64,000 bases of DNA from an uncultured Clostridium sp. (GCA_947245515.1 CAMXQV010000003.1:618-64617), one strand, 5' to 3'. Shown: positions 18,538 to 28,917, counted from the first letter of the stretch. Program-made: numbers and translations. The notes: generated from the letters alone by a model not told the origin.

Positions 18538-20513
18538 TTATATTAAAACAATTCGGCTTTAGAAAGTACAAAAAAGTATTTGAAACAGACTTATACGATA
18601 TAACTAAAATAAGTGGAAAAAACCGATCAGGTAAAAGTAATATATTATTTGCAATTATTAATGTTATTTTAGGTACAAATATGTCAGGTGATGAGAAGGC
18701 TTGTCTTATCAATAAAAAATGCGATTCTTCGTATATAGAGCTACATTTTACTGATAATCAAAATTGTAAGCACATACTTATTCGTAGTAAACACAGATTT
18801 GATAATAAAAAGAATTTTCTATCACTAGATGGGAAAATAATAACACAAACTGACTTAATAAGTTTTTTCAAAGATAAAAAGTTATTATTATCTATTTTGA
18901 ATCCTTTTTATTTTTTAAATAAGAGACCTAGTGAACAGAAAGAATTAGTTGACAAATACTTATCAGACATTAAACCTAAAACAATATTTGACAGATTAAA
19001 TGAAAAGCAACAAAATGAGTTAATTGAAAAATACTTTTATGTATCTACTAGAGAGATATACACTTTATTAAGTATTGAAGAACTAGAACTTATCTATAAC
19101 GAACATAAACTACAATCCATTACAGGAAGAGAGTTTGCAGAACTATCAAATCAAGAAATAAAAGATGCTATATGTGGAAATATAAAAACTCTAAAAGATA
19201 CTAAATATTATCAAATGCTTACAACAAAGGAAAAAGAAGATTTTATAAATCTTAATATGTCTAATATTTTTATGGATATTGCTTTTAACAATTTAAGTAC
19301 AGAAGAACAAGCAATTTTAGAATGTGTCCCTAAAGATATTCCTACATATATTTCAGAACTAAATCAAAATATAAAAGCATCAGAGCAATCAATTACTTCA
19401 TTAAACGGGAAAATAGAATATGCACAAAATATCGTAAATGAAAAACTACCAGCATATAGTAAATTTGAAAAAGATGTTGAATTATCACTAGCAAGACAAG
19501 AACTTGCTTTTTTGAATACTAATCAAGATATTGTAAAAAAGGAAAAACAAAAGCAAATGGTTGATAGGTTAGAACAAGATATACTTAATAAGGAAACTGA
19601 AATTTCAGAGCTTGAAAAGCGTATGACAGAAGGAAAGAAAAAGTATTTATCAATAAAAAATGGAACTGTTTGTGATTGTCCTACTTGTGGGCAACATATT
19701 CAAGATACTAGCAAAATCAAAACAATTGAGAATATGAAAAAAAGTTTAACAGCTGACTACAATAGAAAGAATTTATTAGATACTCAAAAGAAAGATTTAA
19801 GTTCTAAATTAATGGTAGAAAAATGTAAATATCATGCACTAGAAGGAGAAACAACAATTGACAAAAGCAAACAAATTGCAGTTATAGAAGATAAAATCAA
19901 AAAGCTAGAAAATGAACAACTAGAAATAGAAAAATTCAATAACGAAATTAGAATAAAAGAAACTAATATTAAAAATGCAAAATTAGATATTCAAAAATTT
20001 AGTAGTCAAATACTATCTCATAATCAACTAATAGATAATACAAAAGAAGCAAAACAGATAGTACAAAAGTTATATATATCGTATATTGAGGAGAAAATGA
20101 AACTTGCTAAACAATACTTAAAAGATGTTAATATTAAGTTTTACTCTGTTCTAAAAACTACTGGAGAAATAAAAGAGGATTTTGTAATTACATATAAAGG
20201 TTCTCCATTAGCTGATTTATCTAGGTCAGAGACTATTGCAACTGCTATTGAATTTGCTAATATGTTCAATAAAATTAGCCGAGTAAACTTACCTTTATTT
20301 ATTGATGACTATGAGAGTTGTGCCGACTATAATTTTGTTGAGGAATACTCAAAAGATACGCAAGTTATCGTATCACAAGTAGCAAAAGGTCATTACCTAA
20401 CAATTGCAGATGCTAACAGCAATGATTGTACTATTATTAAACCTATGATAACAGGATTTAGAACAATGAATATACACAAAAATAATGTGGCAAATATTCA
20501 AAAAGCTGCATAA
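18527..20513 (+). CDS. SbcC/Rad50-like SMC ATPase with a CxxC hook; ends -KAA; needs a +1 shift at CGG 18554-18556
   Basis: MKFNYIKTI|GFRKYKKVF..ISGKNRSGKSN (Walker A lies upstream of the first in-frame ATG). Long coiled coil, CDCPTCG hook, LSRSE signature, LFIDDYE Walker B. Confidence 0.75.
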
Positions 20514-20573
20514 GTAGAAAAGGCAGAAATATCTGTCTTTTTCTTATATTTAAAATGAAAGGATGAAACACAT

Positions 20574-20990
20574 ATGAGAATTAAAGTTTTATTAGTAATA
20601 CCAAATCAAGAGGTACAAGTGGTCAAAATACCAGCAAATTTGAAATTTATTAAAGCATTTATTGGAGAGAATCTTTTTAGATTAAAATTAAGCAAAGATA
20701 CTATACTTATTGCCAATAAAAATGCTAATGCAGAAGATTTTAATAGAATTGTTGGAGGAAATATTATACTAGGAACATTTTTAGTTATTTCGATAAAAAA
20801 TAATTGTAGAGTTAGCATGAAAAAGAAAGATGTTAGGAGATATACTAATATGTTCAAATTAAGGAAACACAAGAAAAAAATAGATATGTATAAAGAAGAA
20901 TGGCTTGAAGAGTATTACTCAAAACAAAGAGAAAGAAAACAAAAAAATGCTGAAAGAAATAAAAAAGAAATCTTTAATATAGCAGCATAA
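20574..20990 (+). CDS. DUF3846-like protein; ends -IAA
   Basis: MRIKVLLVIPNQEVQVVKIP..IGENL....NAEDFNRIVGGNIILGTFLVI resembles DUF3846, which is common on conjugative elements. Confidence 0.5.
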   Translation: MRIKVLLVIPNQEVQVVKIPANLKFIKAFIGENLFRLKLSKDTILIANKNANAEDFNRIVGGNIILGTFLVISIKNNCRVSMKKKDVRRYTNMFKLRKHKKKIDMYKEEWLEEYYSKQRERKQKNAERNKKEIFNIAA

Positions 20991-21011
20991 AAAGAAAGGA
21001 ATTGAATTTTT

Positions 21012-21659
21012 ATGAATAACAAATTTATAGCAATGATCATATTAAATCCTAATATACCAATAGGAAAAATTGATTTTATACAAAGTAACATTTCAAGCAT
21101 ATTTGAACAATATAGCAAAATACAAAAGGTTTGGTTTTTAGGCAAAAAGAAATTGGACTATAAAATAAAAAAATATACTGAAGGCTATCATTTAAAACTT
21201 GAAATAATGGCAAAAGATAAAAAAGTAGAGGAAATGAAAAACATATTGAAAAATAATAGAAATGTCATTTTTTCACTTATTATGAAAGACGAAGAAAATA
21301 AAAATAATTTGCCAATTATTAAAAAAAGCCCCCTACCTTTTAATAAATCTGTTCAAATAAATACTCTATATACAAAAAATCAAAATAAGGTTTATTTGCT
21401 AATTAGTAAAAATCTAAAATTACCATTTGCAGAATCAAATATTTTAGTAATGAGTAATGACATAAATAAAATCTTTGAGTATGCAAATAAAGAATTACAA
21501 AGTTATATATATGTCAAAGGTTACAGAGCTTTAGTTTCAATGAAAAACATAAAAGATTTAGAAAAAGAGTTAAGGCATAAATGGAAAATTGAATTTGTAT
21601 TAGGTAATAATCCTAATATAGGACAAGAACTATTAATACAAGAAAAAAATTTAATTTGA
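21012..21659 (+). CDS. Ribosomal protein S6-like N-terminal domain with a ~120-aa C-terminal extension
   Basis: FIAMIILNPN....WFLGKKKLDYKIKKYTEGYHLKLEIMA follows the S6 pattern (G.R.LAY.I....G.Y). Confidence 0.55.
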   Translation: MNNKFIAMIILNPNIPIGKIDFIQSNISSIFEQYSKIQKVWFLGKKKLDYKIKKYTEGYHLKLEIMAKDKKVEEMKNILKNNRNVIFSLIMKDEENKNNLPIIKKSPLPFNKSVQINTLYTKNQNKVYLLISKNLKLPFAESNILVMSNDINKIFEYANKELQSYIYVKGYRALVSMKNIKDLEKELRHKWKIEFVLGNNPNIGQELLIQEKNLI

Positions 21660-21676
21660 GGAAGGACGAAAAAATT

Positions 21677-21961
21677 ATGAATAGATATGAAACAATTTTT
21701 ATAATGAAAAATGATATTACAGAAGAACAGAAAAATAACATAATTTCCACTATAAAAAATCACCTTAATGAAAAAGGAAAAATAATTAAGGAAAAAGATT
21801 TAGGTCAGAAAAAGTTGGCTTATGAATGTAGAACATACAAAGAAGGCAGATACTATTCAATCGAATTTGATGCTAAAACTGAAGCAATAACAGAATTAGA
21901 ACGAATGTATCGAATCAATGACGATATTTTAAAATTTATAGTATTAAGAAAAAACGATTAA
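21677..21961 (+). CDS. rpsF: Ribosomal protein S6 homolog encoded on the element
   Basis: MNRYETIFIMKNDITEEQ..LGQKKLAYECRTYKEGRYYSIEFDA..ELERMYRINDDILKFIVLR aligns along the full length with bacterial S6. Confidence 0.8.
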   Translation: MNRYETIFIMKNDITEEQKNNIISTIKNHLNEKGKIIKEKDLGQKKLAYECRTYKEGRYYSIEFDAKTEAITELERMYRINDDILKFIVLRKND

Positions 21962-21980
21962 GGAAAGGAAGGAATTGAAA

Positions 21981-22415
21981 ATGAACAAAACTATTTTATT
22001 AGGAAGATTAACAAAAGCACCTGAAATTAGAATGTCTAGTGCTAATAATGATATGTTAATAGCAAATTTTTCTCTAGCTGTTAATAGAAGATATGTAAAA
22101 CCAGGAGAAGAAAGACAGGCTGATTTTATCAATATTGTAGCATATTCAAAACTAGCTGAATTTACAAATAAATATTTAAGGCAAGGATTACAAATATGTG
22201 TAAGTGGCAGATTACAAACTAGAAACTATGAAGATAAAAATGGAATTAGACGCTATGTAACAGAGGTTATAGCAGAGGAAATTTATTTCGCCGATAGTTT
22301 CAAAAAAGAAGATGATAGTATTTTAAATTCTGACAAACCAGTAAATACACAAGAAAATACAGACACCAATACTAATGGAGATGTCTTCCCTAGCGAAAAT
22401 GATCTCCCATTTTAA
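21981..22415 (+). CDS. ssb: Single-stranded DNA-binding protein
   Basis: MNKTILLGRLTKAPE.., OB-fold motifs and an acidic tail ending DLPF. Confidence 0.9.
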   Translation: MNKTILLGRLTKAPEIRMSSANNDMLIANFSLAVNRRYVKPGEERQADFINIVAYSKLAEFTNKYLRQGLQICVSGRLQTRNYEDKNGIRRYVTEVIAEEIYFADSFKKEDDSILNSDKPVNTQENTDTNTNGDVFPSENDLPF

Positions 22416-22434
22416 GCGAAGAAAGGAAGGAAAA

Positions 22435-22857
22435 ATGGATACATATAGAAAATATACAAAAAATGAATTATTAGAAATTCTTAAAAAAGATGGAATTTTA
22501 TTTGTTAAAACGAATTTAGGGAACAAATGTATTATTAAAAAAGGTGATTTAGCAGATTTCATAATTCTTGAGACTGAAAGAACGGGACACGCTGTTGAAA
22601 TGAGTTTTTTTATGCCAGGAATTAGTGGTGTAGTTATGAGTACTTATGGTTGGTTTTTAAACAAAGCAAATCCTGTTTTAAGAGAAGAAATGATTGATAG
22701 GCTAGTATTATTACAAACAACAGAAAAAAAGCCTAAAAAAGTCAAAACTTTTGATACAGATATATTTGAGAATATGCTTGATAACAATGAGATAGACAAT
22801 GACATTCAAAATTACAATGAACTTTATGGAAAATATGAAAATGCACAAAATATCTAA
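22435..22857 (+). CDS. Hypothetical protein
   Basis: RBS GAAAGGAAGG precedes ATG 22435. Confidence 0.55.
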   Translation: MDTYRKYTKNELLEILKKDGILFVKTNLGNKCIIKKGDLADFIILETERTGHAVEMSFFMPGISGVVMSTYGWFLNKANPVLREEMIDRLVLLQTTEKKPKKVKTFDTDIFENMLDNNEIDNDIQNYNELYGKYENAQNI

Positions 22858-22879
22858 TATAAGAAAGGAAGATTTATGA

Positions 22880-23716
22880 ATGAAATTAACAGGAAAAGAA
22901 AAAGCAAGATTATGTATAGAAGTAGACAACAAGGAAGACTGGACTAATAAAAATTTCACAATAAAAGAATTATTAGATTCTTTTATACTTGGCACAATAG
23001 CAACACCTATAAAAAATAAGGACAAAGTACAAGAAAAAATAGTTAAATATTTTTCTATTGATAACATTATAATGGAAAAAAGAACTAGAATAAATGCTAA
23101 ATTTCGTGCTTCATTAAAATACCCAAAAAATGAAAGAGAATCCATAGAATTTGAATGTATATGCACATATTTAGACATAACCGATTTTTATAATTTTATT
23201 GTTGATTTGTATATTGATTATGCTGAATCATTTAACACAACTATAACTGATATTAACTTAAAAATAATTGAAATAGAAATTAGAAATCCTTTAGCATTTA
23301 CGGACAAAGGTTTTATTAACTCAAAAATTTTAAATCAATATGATTTAGACGGACAAATGGATACATTATTATATCTATTAAAAACTCAACAATGGGAAAT
23401 CATAAATAATAAAATTATATTTACAGAGTTAATAAATGATAATTTTATACAAACCTTATTAGAAGTCTTTGAAAAAAAATCTATAATTAACAATGAAAGA
23501 CAAAAAAATATGATTATAAATAATTGTGAAATACAAGGAATAGAAACTATTAGAAAAAATATACAAAATAAAATACAAGAAGAGAAAGCAACTAAGGAAC
23601 AATTAGAAACAATTATAAAGAATAATCAAGATTTTTATAGGCTAAATTTAAGAAAATATATACCAAAATTCACTAAATTAGGAAATACAAAAACTAAACC
23701 AATAATATATTTTTAA
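22880..23716 (+). CDS. Hypothetical protein
   Basis: RBS GAAAGGAAG precedes ATG. Confidence 0.55.
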   Translation: MKLTGKEKARLCIEVDNKEDWTNKNFTIKELLDSFILGTIATPIKNKDKVQEKIVKYFSIDNIIMEKRTRINAKFRASLKYPKNERESIEFECICTYLDITDFYNFIVDLYIDYAESFNTTITDINLKIIEIEIRNPLAFTDKGFINSKILNQYDLDGQMDTLLYLLKTQQWEIINNKIIFTELINDNFIQTLLEVFEKKSIINNERQKNMIINNCEIQGIETIRKNIQNKIQEEKATKEQLETIIKNNQDFYRLNLRKYIPKFTKLGNTKTKPIIYF

Positions 23717-23745
23717 AATTCAAAAATATAAGAAAGGATCAAAAA

Positions 23746-24021
23746 ATGGAAACAAATATAATAAGTGTAAAATATGAGGATAATTATATGCCTAAAACAT
23801 TTAGTGGCAAAGCATATAGTTATTATACAGCAATTACTGTTGAAGTTGGCGATTTAGTAATAGCACCAACAGCAAATGGAGATAAAATTGCAAGAGTATC
23901 AGAGATTAATATTCCTGAATATAAGGTAGAAATGATAAAACCATATTTAAAAATTATTACAACAAAAATTGATAAAACAAAATACTTACAAAATAATCAA
24001 GTAATGGAAGAAGCAGCATAA
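23746..24021 (+). CDS. Hypothetical small protein; ends -EAA
   Basis: RBS GAAAGGA. Confidence 0.55.
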   Translation: METNIISVKYEDNYMPKTFSGKAYSYYTAITVEVGDLVIAPTANGDKIARVSEINIPEYKVEMIKPYLKIITTKIDKTKYLQNNQVMEEAA

Positions 24022-24024
24022 AGT

Positions 24025-24417
24025 ATGACTGGAAAAAAAGTTACAAGGATATTAATAAAAAAGTTACTAGATATGGATTTTATTGTTCACAGATACGATG
24101 CCTATTCAACCAGTTCTATTTACTTAAAATTAGATTATGGAGTAGCCTGTGGTATTCGTATTGCTGATCATCCAGGCAAAAAAAAATATAGTTACAGATT
24201 CAATATCATAAAAGATTTTAATGGAGATAAGGTTATTTTAAAAGATGGCCTTATTTCTCGCTTTTATGACTTTACTGAACTTGAAAAGGTATTAAAAGAT
24301 GTTCAAGAAGAAAAGCAAAAGAAACTCTGTAAATATGGAATTAATAATTACAATTTATACATGGAAAGGGAAAAAAACAAAAACGAACTTTTTAAAAGAT
24401 TCAAAAAAGTATCATAA
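24025..24417 (+). CDS. Hypothetical protein
   Basis: ORF tightly coupled to the upstream stop. Confidence 0.5.
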   Translation: MTGKKVTRILIKKLLDMDFIVHRYDAYSTSSIYLKLDYGVACGIRIADHPGKKKYSYRFNIIKDFNGDKVILKDGLISRFYDFTELEKVLKDVQEEKQKKLCKYGINNYNLYMEREKNKNELFKRFKKVS

Positions 24418-24434
24418 TTTGAAAGGAGAAATTT

Positions 24435-24857
24435 ATGGAAGGTATAGAAAGATTAGAAACGGAAGTATTAGAAATGAATGATTCTAGTGTTTCTGCAGTA
24501 TTTAATTATTTAAAAACAAGGAAGGATTTGTACGAAAAATTTAATAATAAAGAGAAAACTATAAAAGAAATGTGGAACTATATATGTGATAAAGCTAGAA
24601 AAATGTCAAAAAATAATGTGGCAGTAGTGCAAGATAATCTTGTTTTCATATGGGCTGTTAATTACTTTACTAAAAGCAATGAAGAGCTAGGAATAAAAGA
24701 AAAAAAGACTAAAAAGGTAATGCCACCTTCAGCAGAAGAAACAATTACGAAAATTAATAGAAAAAACCACGAAAAAGCAAAGGAAAAACAAAAAGAAAGT
24801 GAACAAGCAAAAGATACAGACAATCAAATATCAATGTTTAAGGAGGAACAAAAATAA
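24435..24857 (+). CDS. PcfK-like protein
   Basis: About 140 aa with the pattern VFNYLKTRKDLYEKF..IKEMWNYICDKARK..VVQDNLVFIWAVNYF. It immediately precedes a PcfJ-like gene, as on pCF10-type plasmids. Confidence 0.5.
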   Translation: MEGIERLETEVLEMNDSSVSAVFNYLKTRKDLYEKFNNKEKTIKEMWNYICDKARKMSKNNVAVVQDNLVFIWAVNYFTKSNEELGIKEKKTKKVMPPSAEETITKINRKNHEKAKEKQKESEQAKDTDNQISMFKEEQK

Positions 24858-26317
24858 TGGGATATATAAAAGTTGCCTATCGAAATATTTTGAGACAGTT
24901 AGACTATTATTCAGACCTCCCAAAAGGTTGGAATGAATTTATAAAAGAACAAGAAAAACATCACAATTTAGTAATAAAATCAAGCAAAAATAAATGTTTT
25001 TGCACTAATTGCCATCATCATTTTATTAGTAACAAAAAAATAAAAGAAGAAGTAAAATGTCCTAATTGCCATAATAAATACTTAATAAAAAGAAGTAATT
25101 TGCGTTATTATGAATTTAAGGACTATTTTTCTATTTTAGACAGAGTAAATGATACATTTGTAATTAGATACTTTGAATTAAAAACAATTCTTGATGCTAT
25201 GCACGAATCTCATTCTTCTGTTGTAGAATTTGCAAGAGAAATACCAACTGACAATTATTATAGAGATGTTTTTGTAAATGAAAAAGTTTCAAGATGTCAA
25301 TGTCATATTTATATTAATCATAGTGATTTTTATAAAACAGATAAATGGAGACAATATACAAGAAATTACTCAATAATTGATTATTCAATAGTGTTCCCTA
25401 ACAATATAAAATCATTGTTAAAAGATACTGAATATAAATACTCTTGTATATGGGATATAGCAAAACATTCTACTTATATTGATTTACTAGAATTAATAAA
25501 AAATAAGAATGACTATGCTATAAATAGAATTGAACTCTTAGCAAAAATGAAATTATATAATTTAGCATTAAGAGCAAATGAATTTAGTAGTCATGGATCT
25601 TTTCAAAATATATTTGGAGTTTCAAAAGATTATTACCAATTTATGAAAAGATATAATATTACATACACACAATTAAAAATATTAAGGCTATTAAAAGAAA
25701 AAGATATAAATAAAATACGATATTTAGAAAAATTTGTAAATTATGGTGAAAGTATAAGTGATTTAGAAGAAATATCACAATATATTAGCTTAAATCGTTT
25801 TATAAAATATTCTAAAATGCATCGTGGAAAAGTAGGGACTTATTTATATAAGGACTATTTAAGATTTGCTAAATTACTTGGTTTTGATTTGAAAAATAAT
25901 AGATATGCTTTTCCAAAGAATCTAAAAGAAGAGCATGATAAATTAGAAAAACAATATGAGCTTCAAAGTAAAAAAATCATTAATAAAGCAATTATTAAAA
26001 GAGGTAAGGAATTATCAGCTAATAAATATCAAAATAAGACTTTTATTATATTACCAGCTCGTAGTTTAAAAGATTTACAAGATGAAAGTAAACAACAAAA
26101 TAATTGCGTAAGAACATATGCTAAAAAGTATGCTGAAGGTAGTTGCGATATTTACTTTATGAGGTCAACAGATAAACCAAAAAAATCACTTGTTACTGTG
26201 GAAGTTAAAAATAATAAAGTTGTTCAAAGTAGAATAAAAAACAATAATAATCCAAATGAAAAACAAATACAATTTCTACAAAAATGGGAACAAAGCGTAT
26301 TAAAAGAGGCAGCTTAA
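24857..26317 (+). CDS. PcfJ-like protein; ends -EAA
   Basis: N-terminal Cys pairs (CTNCHH..CPNCHN). The C-terminal QNNCVRTYAKKYAEGSCDIYFMR..VTVEVKNNKVVQSR matches the PcfJ domain pattern. Confidence 0.6.
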   Translation: MGYIKVAYRNILRQLDYYSDLPKGWNEFIKEQEKHHNLVIKSSKNKCFCTNCHHHFISNKKIKEEVKCPNCHNKYLIKRSNLRYYEFKDYFSILDRVNDTFVIRYFELKTILDAMHESHSSVVEFAREIPTDNYYRDVFVNEKVSRCQCHIYINHSDFYKTDKWRQYTRNYSIIDYSIVFPNNIKSLLKDTEYKYSCIWDIAKHSTYIDLLELIKNKNDYAINRIELLAKMKLYNLALRANEFSSHGSFQNIFGVSKDYYQFMKRYNITYTQLKILRLLKEKDINKIRYLEKFVNYGESISDLEEISQYISLNRFIKYSKMHRGKVGTYLYKDYLRFAKLLGFDLKNNRYAFPKNLKEEHDKLEKQYELQSKKIINKAIIKRGKELSANKYQNKTFIILPARSLKDLQDESKQQNNCVRTYAKKYAEGSCDIYFMRSTDKPKKSLVTVEVKNNKVVQSRIKNNNNPNEKQIQFLQKWEQSVLKEAA

Positions 26318-26342
26318 AAAAATTGATAGGAGGATTAAAAAA

Positions 26343-27200
26343 GTGAAACATAAATCAAATAAAAATAATGGAAATAAAACAAAAGAAGTATTTGAAAAAG
26401 TTGTAAATTATGTTCAAACTATTGTTGATAATGGAGAATATGAGAAATTTTTAAAATTTCAAAAAAGTTTTAGAGGTTATAGTTTCAATAACCTCATTTT
26501 GATTTTTTCGCAATTTCCTGATGCTACAAGAGTTGCTGGAAAATCAAAATGGCTAAAATTAAAAAGAGAATTAGTACCTGGAGCGCAAAAAATATTTATT
26601 ATTGCACCAATACCAAGACAATACAGTAAAAAGGTCAAAAAAGTTGAAAATGGAGAAGAAATTGAAACTACTGAAACATACCAATATAACTATTATCGAT
26701 ATGTTTATGTATATGATATTTCACAGACTACTGGAGAAGAGATACCTTTAGAAAGTCATAATATCAATACCAATGAAATGTCAAATTTTTACCAAAAATT
26801 AAAAAGTTTTAGTGAATTTCCAGTTTATGAAAAAGATTTAGAAGGCAGTTTAAAAGGATATTATGCTCCAACAAAAAAAGAAATTGTACTAAAAAAATCT
26901 TTGTCAATAGACGATAAGACAGCAGTTTTATTACACGAACTAGCACATGGGCTTTATGACGATTTTGAATATAAAACTGATAGAAACTTATCAGAGGTAT
27001 TTGTTGAATCTATTGCTTATATTGTTGCAGACCATTTTGGACTTGATACTTCTCTTTGTAGTTTTAATTATATAACTAAATGGGCTAAGGGCGATCCGAA
27101 AATTGTTCTTGATTTAGGTAGTAAAATTCAAAAATGTGCTAATCAGTTCATAAAAAATATTGAAAAATTTGAAATGCAAGAAATTGAACTTGCAGCTTAA
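26343..27200 (+). CDS. ardC: ArdC-like antirestriction/ssDNA-binding protein with an HExxH metalloprotease domain; ends -LAA
   Basis: YSFNNLILIFSQ..ATRVAGKSKWLKLKRELVPGAQKIFIIAP (ArdC N-domain) plus LLHELAHGLY. Confidence 0.7.
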   Translation: MKHKSNKNNGNKTKEVFEKVVNYVQTIVDNGEYEKFLKFQKSFRGYSFNNLILIFSQFPDATRVAGKSKWLKLKRELVPGAQKIFIIAPIPRQYSKKVKKVENGEEIETTETYQYNYYRYVYVYDISQTTGEEIPLESHNINTNEMSNFYQKLKSFSEFPVYEKDLEGSLKGYYAPTKKEIVLKKSLSIDDKTAVLLHELAHGLYDDFEYKTDRNLSEVFVESIAYIVADHFGLDTSLCSFNYITKWAKGDPKIVLDLGSKIQKCANQFIKNIEKFEMQEIELAA

Positions 27201-27211
27201 AAGGAGGAAAA

Positions 27212-27544
27212 ATGATGTTTATTTTTAATATAACAAATCTAGTAGAGTTAGTTTTAATTATAGTTGTATTATTAGTTTTATGCTTAATTGTTGTTATTAA
27301 AGATTGGCTAGTTAATAAACAAATGAAAAGAAAAATGAAACAAAATAGAGAAATGACAATTAAGATACTTGATAAATTTGAGGAAATATTGGCAGAAAAC
27401 AATATAAAAATACCAGATAAAGGTCGCGAAGGAAACGAAGATGAGGCTTGTATATATGGAACAACATATTATGATTTAGAAGATTCCATATTAGAGATAT
27501 TGAATAATAAAAATAATTGGAAAGGTGGACAATATACATGTTGA
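27212..27544 (+). CDS. Small membrane protein
   Basis: RBS AAGGAGG. N-terminal TM helix. Confidence 0.5.
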   Translation: MMFIFNITNLVELVLIIVVLLVLCLIVVIKDWLVNKQMKRKMKQNREMTIKILDKFEEILAENNIKIPDKGREGNEDEACIYGTTYYDLEDSILEILNNKNNWKGGQYTC

Positions 27545-27870
27545 TTGAATATGAAACAAGTAAATATGTAAAAGAAAAAGCACAAATAGAAATACAAGAT
27601 ACTAAAAATGTATTTTTACAGGGAAAAAATCCTTATGATGGTTTGAATACTTATTTTGGAATATGGACTAAAAAAGATGGCATAGCAATAGTTAATATAA
27701 CAAGTTGGCGTAATATCAGTTATGAATACTCTTTAAACAAAAATATATACACAGAACAATATATAAAAAAATATTTAGAAAACAATAAAAATGTAAAAAT
27801 CATTTCAAAGGAAGAATTGAAGAAAGAACTAGACCATGTTAGGTCAATATTAGAAATAAGAAAAATTTGA
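27538..27870 (+). CDS. Hypothetical protein
   Basis: RBS AAAGGTGG precedes ATG 27538. Confidence 0.5.
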   Translation: MLIEYETSKYVKEKAQIEIQDTKNVFLQGKNPYDGLNTYFGIWTKKDGIAIVNITSWRNISYEYSLNKNIYTEQYIKKYLENNKNVKIISKEELKKELDHVRSILEIRKI

Positions 27871-27884
27871 AAGGAGAATCAATT

Positions 27885-28244
27885 ATGTGTGATTCAAGTA
27901 ATTATGAATATTATAAAAAACACCATATTTGTGTAAGGTGTGGTCAAGAAGATGCTGAAAGGAATAGTACTTTATGTTTTAGATGTAGAATAAAAAATAG
28001 GGAATCTTCTATCAATTATTATAGATGCCATAAAGAAGAACGAAGAGAAAAAAATCGCATAAAAAGTAAAAATAGATATAACAAATTAAAAGAACTAGGT
28101 TTATGTACTTCTTGCGGTAGGAGACACACAAAAAATAATAAAGTATGCTGTGAACATTGTGCTACAAAGATAAATGAACGAAATAGGAAAAAGTATTTAT
28201 TATATGTATATGCAACAAGAAATATAGCTGAAATTCGTATATAG
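27885..28244 (+). CDS. Basic protein with two CxxC...CxxC zinc ribbons
   Basis: RBS AAAGGAG precedes ATG 27885. CVRCG..CFRC and CTSCG..CEHC. Confidence 0.55.
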   Translation: MCDSSNYEYYKKHHICVRCGQEDAERNSTLCFRCRIKNRESSINYYRCHKEERREKNRIKSKNRYNKLKELGLCTSCGRRHTKNNKVCCEHCATKINERNRKKYLLYVYATRNIAEIRI

Positions 28245-28327
28245 CAGTATAAAATAAAAAATTCAATTAATACAAAGAAGGAACTTGAAATTAGCAGGTT
28301 CCTTTATTTTTAAATAAGGAGGCTACT

Positions 28328-28510
28328 ATGAAATATTATGATAAAACAATGTATGAAATAGAAGAAAAAATAAAAACAGCATTATTTACACTATTAATAT
28401 TTACAATGTCATTTCTATTAGGTGTATTTATAGGAACAACAGACATGAACAATAAAGAACAGCAAATACAACAATTGCAAATAGAAATAAATAACTTAAA
28501 AGCAAAATAA
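28328..28510 (+). CDS. Small membrane protein
   Basis: RBS AAGGAGG. One TM helix. Confidence 0.5.
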   Translation: MKYYDKTMYEIEEKIKTALFTLLIFTMSFLLGVFIGTTDMNNKEQQIQQLQIEINNLKAK

Positions 28511-28527
28511 TTAGGAGGTATTGAACA

Positions 28528-28695
28528 TTGATTACATTATATAGAAATAATATACCTATATTAAACGCTAAACATTGGGAGGATTTAGTTGAATTTATTG
28601 AAGAGTTAAAAAGATTAAATCCAAAGTTCGTTGATAGAAGAGACTTTATTGTTAAGAGTTACGAGCAAGTAATGTATAGTTGGAATAGAAAATAA
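28528..28695 (+). CDS. Hypothetical 55-aa protein with a TTG start
   Basis: Below the ORF-track cutoff. RBS AGGAGG lies 7 nt before TTG 28528. Confidence 0.35.
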   Translation: MITLYRNNIPILNAKHWEDLVEFIEELKRLNPKFVDRRDFIVKSYEQVMYSWNRK

Positions 28696-28710
28696 ACGGA
28701 GGTAATATCT

Positions 28711-28911
28711 ATGCAAAATACAAGAGAATTAGAAATAAAATGGGAAAAATCAAAAAATAAAATAAATCAATTATTAGAAACAAAAGATAAGTCTACTGTT
28801 AATATGCTAAAGTTTTATAAATTATATATTAATGCACCTTATGACAAAACGGCATTAGATTTATTTGAACTTGCTTTTAGTGGTTGGTATAAAGAAAAAA
28901 TGGAAGGATGA
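28711..28911 (+). CDS. Hypothetical small protein
   Basis: RBS CGGAGG precedes ATG. Confidence 0.5.
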   Translation: MQNTRELEIKWEKSKNKINQLLETKDKSTVNMLKFYKLYINAPYDKTALDLFELAFSGWYKEKMEG

Positions 28912-28917
28912 TTTTTA

